55,903 bases of DNA, taken from NCBI GenBank assembly GCA_036516515.1, contig DATBUC010000105.1:1-55903 (forward strand), read 5' to 3'. This document shows positions 19,079 through 27,463 of this stretch, piece by piece (within the stretch, counting starts at the first letter, position 1; every line of letters starts with the position of its first letter). This stretch comes from Erysipelothrix sp. GTDB lineage: Bacteria; Bacillota_I; Bacilli_A; Erysipelotrichales; Erysipelotrichaceae. Under the pieces are notes generated by a model. It was not told where the DNA came from and made no database searches. It saw only the letters and a list, made by a program, of their open reading frames with translations. Both the position numbers and the translations under genes were made by a program.

Positions 19079-19937
19079 TGAATTTTTACAGGAATTAAGT
19101 TTAGAGCATACCCAATCTGAGCACACTGAAGATGCTTATCGTCGCGATATTCTCCAGTTTTTTGATTATATTGAGGATGATTATAAAAATGTAAATCAAA
19201 ATAGTGCTTATGAATATTTGACGCGCCTTCATGAACAAGGACTCAGTAGTAGTACCATTGCGCGAAAAATATCATCCCTTCGTAGTTTTTATCGTTTTTT
19301 ACAAAAAAACTATGGTCTTTTACAAAATCCTTTCAGTCAAGTAAAAGTTAAAGCGGACGTGCAAAAACTGCCTTCCTTTTTAATGTATCGCGAACTGGAA
19401 GCGGTCTTTGCTACCTGTGATGATTCGCCGATAGGACAAAGAAATCGCGTCATGATGGAATTTATGTATGCGTGTGGTTTGCGTGTGAGTGAACTGGTGA
19501 ATTTACAAGTACAAGATATTTCCTTGGCAGAGCGCGTTGTGTTGATTCAAGGGAAGGGAAGTAAGCAACGACTGAGTTTTTTTTATAAAAGCTTTCAAGA
19601 ACTCTTAGCATATTATATAAATGAAGTGTATCCCATATTGAAAAAGGGGAAAACACATAACTATCTCTTTGTGAATCACCACGGCAATCCCATATCAACC
19701 CGAGGCGTGCAAATGGTAGTGGCTAAAGCAGGTGAAGCAGCGCAACTGAAACAAGCCTTGCACCCGCATATGTTTCGTCATACTTTCGCTACTCATTTAT
19801 TGGACAATGGTGCCAGTATTCGGGTTGTTCAAAGTTTGTTGGGTCATGCCTCTTTAAGTACGACCCAAATCTATACCCATGTATCACAAGAGAAAATTAA
19901 AAAGATTTATGATGAAACTATCAATCACATAATTTAA
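19071..19937 (+). CDS. xerC: Tyrosine recombinase XerC/CodV
   Basis: GLRVSEL, GKGSKQR, HPHMFRHTFATHLL, LGH, TQIYTH; topA-trmFO-xerC synteny; start uncertain (19053 or 19071). Confidence 0.9.
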   Translation: MLDEFLQELSLEHTQSEHTEDAYRRDILQFFDYIEDDYKNVNQNSAYEYLTRLHEQGLSSSTIARKISSLRSFYRFLQKNYGLLQNPFSQVKVKADVQKLPSFLMYRELEAVFATCDDSPIGQRNRVMMEFMYACGLRVSELVNLQVQDISLAERVVLIQGKGSKQRLSFFYKSFQELLAYYINEVYPILKKGKTHNYLFVNHHGNPISTRGVQMVVAKAGEAAQLKQALHPHMFRHTFATHLLDNGASIRVVQSLLGHASLSTTQIYTHVSQEKIKKIYDETINHII

Positions 19938-19983
19938 CATGCTCGTGGCATATTTATGCGATATTATTGCTTTATATTATAAG

Positions 19984-20119
19984 TGTAAGAAAAGTCTTAC
20001 AAGTATGAAACTCTTCTCCTATATTCATATCCCCTTGTGAATATTTATTCTTCATACAGTATTCTTTCCCCTTATAAATAAAGATTAAAGCCACGACAAT
20101 AATAGTGGCTTTTTCTTTT
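19984..20119 (+). ncRNA. Candidate trans-acting sRNA with C-rich loops
   Basis: -10-like TATATT at 19973-19978, 5' hairpin, nested stems with a UCCCC loop, second UCCCC, own terminator, no credible ORF. Confidence 0.6.
20087..20119 (+). terminator. Intrinsic terminator
   Basis: AAAGCCAC-gacaataata-GTGGCTTT followed by TTCTTTT. Confidence 0.8.
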
Positions 20120-20130
20120 GTAATTTTTAC

Positions 20131-20168
20131 GTGTAATGTTTGACATTACACTGTGTTTTCTCTATAAT
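20131..20168 (+). promoter_or_regulatory. yceD-rpmF promoter with overlapping inverted repeat
   Basis: TTGACA (20140-20145)-17bp-TATAAT (20163-20168); GTGTAATGT-ttg-ACATTACAC at 20131-20151. Confidence 0.85.
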
Positions 20169-20198
20169 TAAGTAGCGTTTGAAAAGCAGGGTGATAGT

Positions 20199-20708
20199 AT
20201 GAAGTTTTTACGCTCTGATTTAGACCAAATGGAAAACTCAGTCATTAAGATTGATCGGATGGTTGAAATCGAAATAGAAGATCATCCTCGATGTCGTGAA
20301 TTACGTAATGTTCATATTTTCGGAGAAGCTTATTACGATATGTATGATGCACGTCTTACGTTTGATTTAAGCATTGAAGGTGAAATGATTGTTCCTTGTG
20401 CAATTACCTTTAAACCGTTAACGCTTGATTTTCAAAATGATTTCTATGATAGTTTTACTTTCATAGAGCAGGATGAAGATGAAGAAGACATGAACACCTT
20501 TTTCGTAGAGGGTGATGAGATTGATATAGAGCCCAACATAAGAGCGGCTGTTCTCTCAGAAATCCCACTGAAGGTCGTTGATCCAGATTTAGAAAGCTAT
20601 CCTCAGGGAGACGGTTGGATTGTAATGACAGAAGAAGAATATGAGAAGGAAAAAAGCGAAGCAATTGACCCACGACTCGCAAAACTAAAAGAATTAAAAA
20701 TTGATTAA
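20199..20708 (+). CDS. yceD: YceD/DUF177 family protein
   Basis: PCAITFKP, acidic loop, IDPRLAKLK C-terminus; lies before rpmF. Confidence 0.9.
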   Translation: MKFLRSDLDQMENSVIKIDRMVEIEIEDHPRCRELRNVHIFGEAYYDMYDARLTFDLSIEGEMIVPCAITFKPLTLDFQNDFYDSFTFIEQDEDEEDMNTFFVEGDEIDIEPNIRAAVLSEIPLKVVDPDLESYPQGDGWIVMTEEEYEKEKSEAIDPRLAKLKELKID

Positions 20709-20723
20709 TTGGAGGTGAAGATG

Positions 20724-20870
20724 ATGGCAGTACCAAAGAGACGCACATCTAAAGCAAGAAAAAATAAACGTCGTGCACATTATAACTTACCACGTGTTAC
20801 ATTAAGTAAAGATCCTCAAACAGGAGAGTGGCAAGTACCACATCGTCAAAAACGCGAGGACGTTAAGTAA
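20724..20870 (+). CDS. rpmF: 50S ribosomal protein L32 (48 aa, no cysteines)
   Basis: [48 protein letters not shown]; SD GGAGGTG; not in ORF track. Confidence 0.95.
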   Translation: MAVPKRRTSKARKNKRRAHYNLPRVTLSKDPQTGEWQVPHRQKREDVK

Positions 20871-20875
20871 GAATT

Positions 20876-20903
20876 AATCTTGGGGAACCAAGATTTTTTT
20901 CTT
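20876..20903 (+). terminator. Intrinsic terminator
   Basis: AATCTTGG-ggaa-CCAAGATT plus T-run. Confidence 0.75.
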
Positions 20904-20917
20904 TATAAGGAGGTTTC

Positions 20918-21607
20918 ATGCTCAATTCAGAACGATTTCTTAATCAATTTGTGACCGTAGAAATGATTTTAAAAGATATGTTAAAAGTGAATCAGTATAG
21001 CTTTGTGAAAATGGTGCATTTGGCAAGTAAAAAAGATGCCACGATTAATCGCTACCAAAACGATTTATTAGAACTGGCGCAATTACGTAATGCGATTGTG
21101 CATAATCGCACCTCAGATGAAAAAGCAATCGCCGAACCCCATGATGATGTGCTTGTTTTAATAGATAAAATAGTACTGCAATTAGAAAAACCACCGCGAA
21201 TCAAAAACTTAAAATTACAAAATGTTTTTACAATTCAAAACGATTTCTATCTGGATGAGTTATCACTGATTCAAGAAAAATATAATTATTCAGTTGTACC
21301 TGTTTATCGTGATGGGGTATATGAGGGCTGTGTCCATGCCAGGCTTTATCAAAAAGCGTTTCAATTTAAGGATAATGGCATCAAGACTGCTTCGGACCTA
21401 TTGAAACTGGGCAACTATCACAATCGTTTACCCTTTGTTTCGCAGCAGAAAAAACTGATTGATTTGGTTAATGAATTTAATGCTTCCTATCAAAAAGGGA
21501 AAGGAATCATTGCCTATTTAGTAACTGAAAGCGGCAAAGAAAATGAGCGCATTCAAGGAATTATCACCCCAGCAGACATGCCAGGCATAATAAAACACCT
21601 TGAATAA
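20918..21607 (+). CDS. HEPN-like N-terminal domain + CBS-pair protein
   Basis: Helical N-terminus with LRNAIVH (R-X4-H); YSVVPVY and QGIITPAD CBS motifs; SD AAGGAGG. Confidence 0.7.
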   Translation: MLNSERFLNQFVTVEMILKDMLKVNQYSFVKMVHLASKKDATINRYQNDLLELAQLRNAIVHNRTSDEKAIAEPHDDVLVLIDKIVLQLEKPPRIKNLKLQNVFTIQNDFYLDELSLIQEKYNYSVVPVYRDGVYEGCVHARLYQKAFQFKDNGIKTASDLLKLGNYHNRLPFVSQQKKLIDLVNEFNASYQKGKGIIAYLVTESGKENERIQGIITPADMPGIIKHLE

Positions 21608-21664
21608 TAAGCTATTAGCATGTATATTAATGAAGAGCTATTATTAATTAAAAAAGGAGTTATT

Positions 21665-22546
21665 ATGTCAAATTATTTTGTGATGAAAGAAGCCTCCCTT
21701 AAAAGATATAACACGTTGCGACTTGATGTTGTCGCCAATACGATTGTGATTCCCTATTCTGTTGCAGGGTTGGTTGAGGCATTCAGAGATTTTAAAGATA
21801 AAGAAATTGTTGTGATTGGTAACGGATCAAATATGTTGTTTAGTAAAGATTATTATGATGAAAACACAGTTTTTGTCATTAATGTTTTACTGACCAGTAT
21901 TACAACGGCTGATGGAGAAATTGTGGCCGAAGCTGGGGCAAGGTTAAACCGTTTGGCTTGGTTTACCTGCGAACAATCAGTGGGTGGCTATGAATTCTGT
22001 GAAGATATTCCAGGCACAATTGGTGGAGCCTTAATTATGAATGCGGGCCAATGGCAATATACCATTGGGCAATATGTCAATTGGGTCGAAGTTTATAATT
22101 ACGAAACAGATCAAGTTGAAAAGATTATTCCTGATGAAAACTTTTTCGCATATCGTTACTCACGTCTTACAGAATTACCGGTTTATATTTTGCGCGCTGG
22201 CTTATCAATTCAAGAAGGCGATTATAATGAATCATTAGAAAAAATGCTTTATTACCGTCATGAACGCTATGTAAAACAACCACGTAATTACGCCAATGCG
22301 GGCAGCGTCTTTAAAAGACCGAAAGATAAAGAGGGAAATTCGCTTTATGTTTGGAAACTTTTTGATGGGGTAGACTTACGCGGTTATCGCGTAGGTGATG
22401 CCATGGTATCAACCAAACATCCAGGCTTTATCGTCAATGTAGGTAACGCAACCGTCGCAGATATGCATGCGGTCATTGCCGAATGTAAGCGTCGTGTTAA
22501 AGAAGAATATGATGTTGAAATAGAATTAGAATGGCGCACCATTTAA
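21665..22546 (+). CDS. murB: UDP-N-acetylenolpyruvoylglucosamine reductase
   Basis: IGNGSN, IPGTIGGALIMNAG, NAGSVFKRP, ELEW; start ATG 21665 after AAGGAG. Confidence 0.92.
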   Translation: MSNYFVMKEASLKRYNTLRLDVVANTIVIPYSVAGLVEAFRDFKDKEIVVIGNGSNMLFSKDYYDENTVFVINVLLTSITTADGEIVAEAGARLNRLAWFTCEQSVGGYEFCEDIPGTIGGALIMNAGQWQYTIGQYVNWVEVYNYETDQVEKIIPDENFFAYRYSRLTELPVYILRAGLSIQEGDYNESLEKMLYYRHERYVKQPRNYANAGSVFKRPKDKEGNSLYVWKLFDGVDLRGYRVGDAMVSTKHPGFIVNVGNATVADMHAVIAECKRRVKEEYDVEIELEWRTI

Positions 22547-22554
22547 ATTAAGTT

Positions 22555-22579
22555 AAAAGACCGAAAGGTCTTTTTTTTT
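22555..22579 (+). terminator. Intrinsic terminator
   Basis: AAAAGACC-gaaa-GGTCTTTT plus T-run. Confidence 0.85.
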
Positions 22580-22626
22580 GCGCAAAAATGAAAACAGATA
22601 ATATCATTACCATTTTTATGCTTTTA

Positions 22627-22670
22627 TGATACAATAGTGGTACAAAGTGGTGTCAAATGGGGGAAAGTGG
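22627..22670 (+). promoter_or_regulatory. dcw promoter with MraZ-binding repeats
   Basis: TGaTACAAT extended -10; GTGG at 22637, 22647 and 22667 plus ATGG at 22657 (10-bp period, AAAGTGG-type). Confidence 0.8.
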
Positions 22671-22679
22671 GTGACAACC

Positions 22680-23111
22680 ATGTTCATGGGGGAATATCGA
22701 CACAAAATCGATACGAAAGGCCGGCTGATTATACCAGCTGATTTTCGTGATGAACTCCAAGATAAAATGGTTGTAACCAAAGGACTCGATGGCTGTTTGG
22801 CCATTTACACCATGGAACAATGGCAAGAAGAGTATGAAAAACTCAAACAACTGCCAACAACAAATCGAAAAGCAAGAATGTATGTACACATGATTATGGC
22901 AAAAGCAGCCCAGTGCGAACTGGATGCGCACAATCGTATTAGAATTCCAGCCCACCTTGTCAAAGAGGCTGAATTGGAAAAAGATTGTGTCATTGTTGGT
23001 GTCAGCGATCATGTCGAGATATGGAATGAAGAGAAGTGGGATGCATATTATGATGTCGCAAGTGAAAACTTCGAAGATATTGCAGAATCACTAACGGAGT
23101 ACTTAATATGA
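22680..23111 (+). CDS. mraZ: Transcriptional regulator MraZ
   Basis: MFMGEYRHKIDTKGRLIIP, D..NRIRIP, EIW. Confidence 0.97.
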   Translation: MFMGEYRHKIDTKGRLIIPADFRDELQDKMVVTKGLDGCLAIYTMEQWQEEYEKLKQLPTTNRKARMYVHMIMAKAAQCELDAHNRIRIPAHLVKEAELEKDCVIVGVSDHVEIWNEEKWDAYYDVASENFEDIAESLTEYLI

Positions 23112-24019
23112 AACATTATCCAGTTATGTTAAATGAATGTATTACAGAATTGAATATTAAGCCAGATGGCATTTATATTGATGCAACTTTAGGGGCTGGC
23201 GGCCACAGTTTTGAAATCGCGAAAAGATTGACTGAAGGCAAACTCATTGTCTTTGACAAAGATCATGAAGCTTTAGCCCGCGGTAAGGCAAAATTACAAG
23301 CCTATGAAGATAACGTAATTTTTATGCACCGCTCTTATGCTGATATCAAAACCGTCGTCAGTGAACTGGGTTTAAAAGGGGTTGATGGTATTCTCTTTGA
23401 CTTAGGTGTATCATCGCCGCAATTTGATGATCCTAAGCGTGGATTCAGTTATCGTTTTGATAGTCGACTGGATATGCGAATGGATCAAAGACAAAGTTTA
23501 AGTGCCTATGAAGTTGTGAATACTTATGACGAAGCAGACTTAATTAGAATTCTTCAAGAATTTGGTGAAGAACGCTATGCTAAAAAAATTGTAGCAGAGA
23601 TGATCAAAGCCAGACCCATTACCACAACCTTTGAATTGGTTGATGTGATTAAGAAAGCCTACCCTGCTTATGAGCTTAAAAAAGGGCATCCTGCAAGGCA
23701 AACATTTCAAGCCTTACGTATGGAAGTTAATGATGAATTAAAAGATTTAAATCAGGCTCTAGAAGCAGCAATAGAAGTTATTAATCCTAAAGGAAGAGTT
23801 GTCGTTTTAAGTTTTCACTCCTTAGAAGATCGTTTAGTGAAACAGAAATTTAATGCAGTGGGTAAAAAAGCGAAAGTGAATCCAAGAATTCCCATTCCCA
23901 TAGAAGCAAGTTTGAATTATAAAGTAAGAAAAAAAGGTGTTAAAGCCAGTAAAGAAGAATTAGCCGAAAATTCAAGGTCACGCAGTGCCTTATTAAGATC
24001 ATTAGAGAGGATGAAGTAA
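23108..24019 (+). CDS. rsmH: 16S rRNA m4C1402 methyltransferase
   Basis: DATLGAGGHS, DLGVSSPQFD, FQALRMEVN, SFHSLEDR. Confidence 0.97.
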   Translation: MKHYPVMLNECITELNIKPDGIYIDATLGAGGHSFEIAKRLTEGKLIVFDKDHEALARGKAKLQAYEDNVIFMHRSYADIKTVVSELGLKGVDGILFDLGVSSPQFDDPKRGFSYRFDSRLDMRMDQRQSLSAYEVVNTYDEADLIRILQEFGEERYAKKIVAEMIKARPITTTFELVDVIKKAYPAYELKKGHPARQTFQALRMEVNDELKDLNQALEAAIEVINPKGRVVVLSFHSLEDRLVKQKFNAVGKKAKVNPRIPIPIEASLNYKVRKKGVKASKEELAENSRSRSALLRSLERMK

Positions 24020-24020
24020 C

Positions 24021-24323
24021 ATGGCAAAAAGAGTTGTTAAAAAACGCAAGAAAAAAATACGTTGGACAGGTATGATGAGTTTTATATTATTTTTGAGTTT
24101 TAGTTCATTTCTGATGAGCCAAGTATTTCTCCAAACTGAAAACACACGTTTAATGAAACAAATTCAAGATGTTGAAAGTGAAATCGCCAATGTCAAAAGC
24201 GAAAATGAAGTTCTCACAGCCAGCATCCAAGATTTACGTAATTATAACCGTGTTGTAAATATTGCGAATGAAGCAGGCTTGACAGTTCAAAATAATGCAG
24301 TAACAATTAAATTAGGTGATTAA
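24021..24323 (+). CDS. ftsL: Cell division protein FtsL-like
   Basis: Basic N-terminus, one TM, coiled coil; lies between rsmH and the PBP gene. Confidence 0.75.
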   Translation: MAKRVVKKRKKKIRWTGMMSFILFLSFSSFLMSQVFLQTENTRLMKQIQDVESEIANVKSENEVLTASIQDLRNYNRVVNIANEAGLTVQNNAVTIKLGD

Positions 24324-24326
24324 TTC

Positions 24327-26486
24327 ATGAAAAAAACAAATCCAAATCTCAAAGTATTTATCATCACAATCGTTATGGCACTTCTGTTTATCACAGTGGG
24401 TGCCAATGTTTTTGTTGTGTCGGTATTGGGGATTCATATTAACTCCAAAACAAATATCAAAGAAGAAATTGAAGGCATTCACGTTGTCGATAAAACGCTT
24501 ACCGCAAGTCGTGGGAAGTTTTTAGATCGCAATGGTGCCGTAATCGCCCAAGATAAAACTGCCTACACCCTGTATGCCAATATCGATCCAAAGCGCGTTA
24601 CCAGTAAAGGTAACCCAGCTCATGTTGTCGATAAAGAAGATGCTGCTGAAAAAATCGGCGCGGTCATTAACGAAGACAAACAAACAGTGCTAAACATCTT
24701 AAATCAAGAAAATGTCAGTCAAGTTGAATTTGGTTATAAAGGTAAAAAGCTCACCGTTGAGCAAAAAGAACAACTTGAAGCTTTTGAAATACCAGGCCTT
24801 GGTTTTACACCAATCCTCATTCGTGATTATCCCTTTAAACATTTTGCTTCAACGTTAGTTGGAATTTCTCTTTTTGATGAAGAAAGTAAGCAAATTACCG
24901 GACGTTTTGGTTTGGAAGCAATTTACGATGAGTATTTACTGGGTACCAATGGCTTTAAACGCTACCAACAAGATAAAGATGGTTATATTTTGCCTCAAGT
25001 TGAAGTATTGGAAGAAGCGCCTATTGACGGTCATAATGTGAAACTAACGCTTGATCGAACCATACAAGAATCTTTAGAAATGAACTTAAAAGGCATTGCT
25101 GAAGATGAAGGTGTTAAAGCCAGTGAACTATGGGGTGCCGTGATTGAAGCGAAAACAGGAAAAGTTGTGGCTTGGGCAGATTATCCTAGTTTTGATCCCA
25201 ATATCTTAGATATTGAGACCTATGAAAATAAAGGCGCTCAATATACTTATGAACCAGGCTCAACCATGAAAACTTTCACCATCGCCGCCGCCATTGATCA
25301 AGGGGTTTTTGATAAAGATGAAAAATTTGATTCAGGACCTTTCTATGTTGGTGTTGAGGATGGTAAAGCAGTGCGTTTACCCAATAGTCAAAATAGTGTT
25401 GCGACAATCACCAACGCTATGAATGTTAATTATGGCGATATTACTTATGAGTATGGTTTTGATATATCATCAAACGTAATGATTGCGGAATTATTAACCA
25501 AAAAACTTGATCCAGAAGTTTTTCATGATTACTTATATAAACTGGGCTTTTTCAAAACAGTTGATACAGATGGTATTTACGAAAGTGAAGGCTTTGACTT
25601 ATGGGAATGGCCTTTAGAAAAGGTAAGCAATGGTTTTGGTCAAGGTTCGACGGTGACAATGTTACAAATGTTACAGGCCTACACATCAGTGGTGACTGAT
25701 GGCACCATGGTCAAACCATACTTTGTTGAAGAAATAAGAGATCCAAATACTGATGAAGTGATTTACGAAGGCAAAACAACCGTAGTAGGCAAACCATTTA
25801 AAGAAAGTACTGCCTTACAAGTGCGCGATAATATGCGAACTGTTGTTACCAGAGGGTCTGCGCAACGTTTTAACATCGATGAAATTGAAGTGATTGGTAA
25901 AACGGGAACGGCGCAGATGGTAGTTGATGGGGGTTATTCCGCAACAGATTATATTTTCTCATCAGCCTTAGCCTTTCCATACTCAGATCCTGAATACATC
26001 GTTTATACAGCTTATCAAGCTAAATACGGTCATGATGTTGACTTCAGTGCGAAATATGTTAACGAGATTGTGAAAAAAGTGGTCTCAACTTATGCTTTAC
26101 AAGATCATGAAGAAGATCATGTCATAAAAGAGACTGAAACCAAGCCTTTAGAACAATTTATTAACATGGAAAGTGCAGCTGCAAAAAATCATTTAGAGCA
26201 ACTTAACTTAAATCATGTTATTATTGGGGATGGCAGTTACATTGTGGATCAATATCCTAAAGCAGGCGAAGACATTCTTACCAATGCCTTAATTCTGTTA
26301 AAGACAGAAGGAAAACAAATGACAATGCCGGACATGACTGGTTGGTCACAAAAGGAAGTCAAAGCATTTTCTCATCTAACACAGATTCAAATAGACATTG
26401 AGGGGGCTGGCTTTGTCGTTAGCCAATCTGCTGCAAAGGATGCAGCAATAAGCCAAGAGGATACCATAACGGTAACGTTACAATAG
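24327..26486 (+). CDS. Class B penicillin-binding protein (divisome, PASTA domains)
   Basis: RGKFLDRNG, EPGSTMK (SxxK), SSN, KTGT, C-terminal PASTA repeats. Confidence 0.93.
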   Translation: MKKTNPNLKVFIITIVMALLFITVGANVFVVSVLGIHINSKTNIKEEIEGIHVVDKTLTASRGKFLDRNGAVIAQDKTAYTLYANIDPKRVTSKGNPAHVVDKEDAAEKIGAVINEDKQTVLNILNQENVSQVEFGYKGKKLTVEQKEQLEAFEIPGLGFTPILIRDYPFKHFASTLVGISLFDEESKQITGRFGLEAIYDEYLLGTNGFKRYQQDKDGYILPQVEVLEEAPIDGHNVKLTLDRTIQESLEMNLKGIAEDEGVKASELWGAVIEAKTGKVVAWADYPSFDPNILDIETYENKGAQYTYEPGSTMKTFTIAAAIDQGVFDKDEKFDSGPFYVGVEDGKAVRLPNSQNSVATITNAMNVNYGDITYEYGFDISSNVMIAELLTKKLDPEVFHDYLYKLGFFKTVDTDGIYESEGFDLWEWPLEKVSNGFGQGSTVTMLQMLQAYTSVVTDGTMVKPYFVEEIRDPNTDEVIYEGKTTVVGKPFKESTALQVRDNMRTVVTRGSAQRFNIDEIEVIGKTGTAQMVVDGGYSATDYIFSSALAFPYSDPEYIVYTAYQAKYGHDVDFSAKYVNEIVKKVVSTYALQDHEEDHVIKETETKPLEQFINMESAAAKNHLEQLNLNHVIIGDGSYIVDQYPKAGEDILTNALILLKTEGKQMTMPDMTGWSQKEVKAFSHLTQIQIDIEGAGFVVSQSAAKDAAISQEDTITVTLQ

Positions 26487-26500
26487 TAAGGAGACGTATT

Positions 26501-27463
26501 ATGATTAAAGTATTTATAGGGGGAACGATTTCGTTTTTACTGGCAAGTTTTTTATACCCACATTTTATTAAATTTCTACAAGAAAATAATTTTCAACAAA
26601 AACCAAGCGAATATGCATTAGAAGAATATAAAGAGAAAAGCAAAACGGTGACGTTTGGTGGCTTTATCTTCTTAATTGTCCCAATTATTGTGACTGTATT
26701 TTTGCTTAATCGCTATTTAGATCGCAATACCGTTTTAATTTTACTGGTCTTTTTAGGTTATGGTTTAATTGGGCTTGTTGATGATTATAAAATCGTCAAA
26801 GAAGGCAAAAATGATGGGCTCTCGGCGAAAATGAAATTCGCCTTACAACTCATTTTAGCCGTTGTCTTCTATGTGCTTTACTTAAAATTTGGGGGCGATA
26901 ACCTATTAACGGTACCCTTTAAAAAGACACCCATTGATCTCTCATACTTATATTTTGTCATGGTTTTATTTATTCTTACCGGAAGCTCTAATGCTGTGAA
27001 TCTCACTGATGGTATGGATGGTTTAGCCAGTGGGACAGTTATTATTGCCTTATTACCTTTTGCATACTTTGCCTATCAACAAGCAGAAATGGGTCTATTC
27101 TTTTTTGTGATTAGTTTGATTGCATCACTTTTTGCCTTTTTACGTTTTAATAAAAGCCCGGCGAAAATCTTTATGGGTGATGTGGGATCCTTAGCCCTGG
27201 GCGCAGTTTTAGGCGTTTTATCGATTTTATTAAGAAAAGAATTATTATTTGTCATCATTGGTGGTGTCTTTGTTTTTGAAACAGTGACCGTCATTATGCA
27301 ACAAATTTCATGGCGTACCCGTCGTAAAAGAATTTTCAAATACACACCGATTCATTACAGCTTTACGTTAAATGGCTGGAAAGAAAAAGATGTTGTCTTA
27401 TTGTTTTATGCTCTTGGGCTTACATTTGCTTTAATTGGGCTAGGATTGAGTGCATTATCATGA
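26501..27463 (+). CDS. mraY: Phospho-N-acetylmuramoyl-pentapeptide transferase
   Basis: GLVDDY, SNAVNLTDGMDGLA, AKIFMGDVGSL. Confidence 0.96.
   Translation: MIKVFIGGTISFLLASFLYPHFIKFLQENNFQQKPSEYALEEYKEKSKTVTFGGFIFLIVPIIVTVFLLNRYLDRNTVLILLVFLGYGLIGLVDDYKIVKEGKNDGLSAKMKFALQLILAVVFYVLYLKFGGDNLLTVPFKKTPIDLSYLYFVMVLFILTGSSNAVNLTDGMDGLASGTVIIALLPFAYFAYQQAEMGLFFFVISLIASLFAFLRFNKSPAKIFMGDVGSLALGAVLGVLSILLRKELLFVIIGGVFVFETVTVIMQQISWRTRRKRIFKYTPIHYSFTLNGWKEKDVVLLFYALGLTFALIGLGLSALS

Noticed and set aside
19071-19937. Tyrosine recombinase as a prophage/ICE integrase
   Set aside because: It sits in the conserved topA-trmFO-xerC context with no att repeats, tRNA or cargo genes; it is the housekeeping XerC
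19938-20000. dif site next to xerC
   Set aside because: No match to the Firmicute dif pattern (XerD arm TTATGTAAA) is visible
20005-20040. 11-codon ORF MKLFSYIHIPL inside the sRNA candidate
   Set aside because: No SD and the start lies within a stem; the RNA structure explains the sequence better
22637-22670. Short periodic repeats as a CRISPR or iteron array
   Set aside because: The 10-bp period and position before mraZ identify them as MraZ boxes; there are no spacers or cas genes
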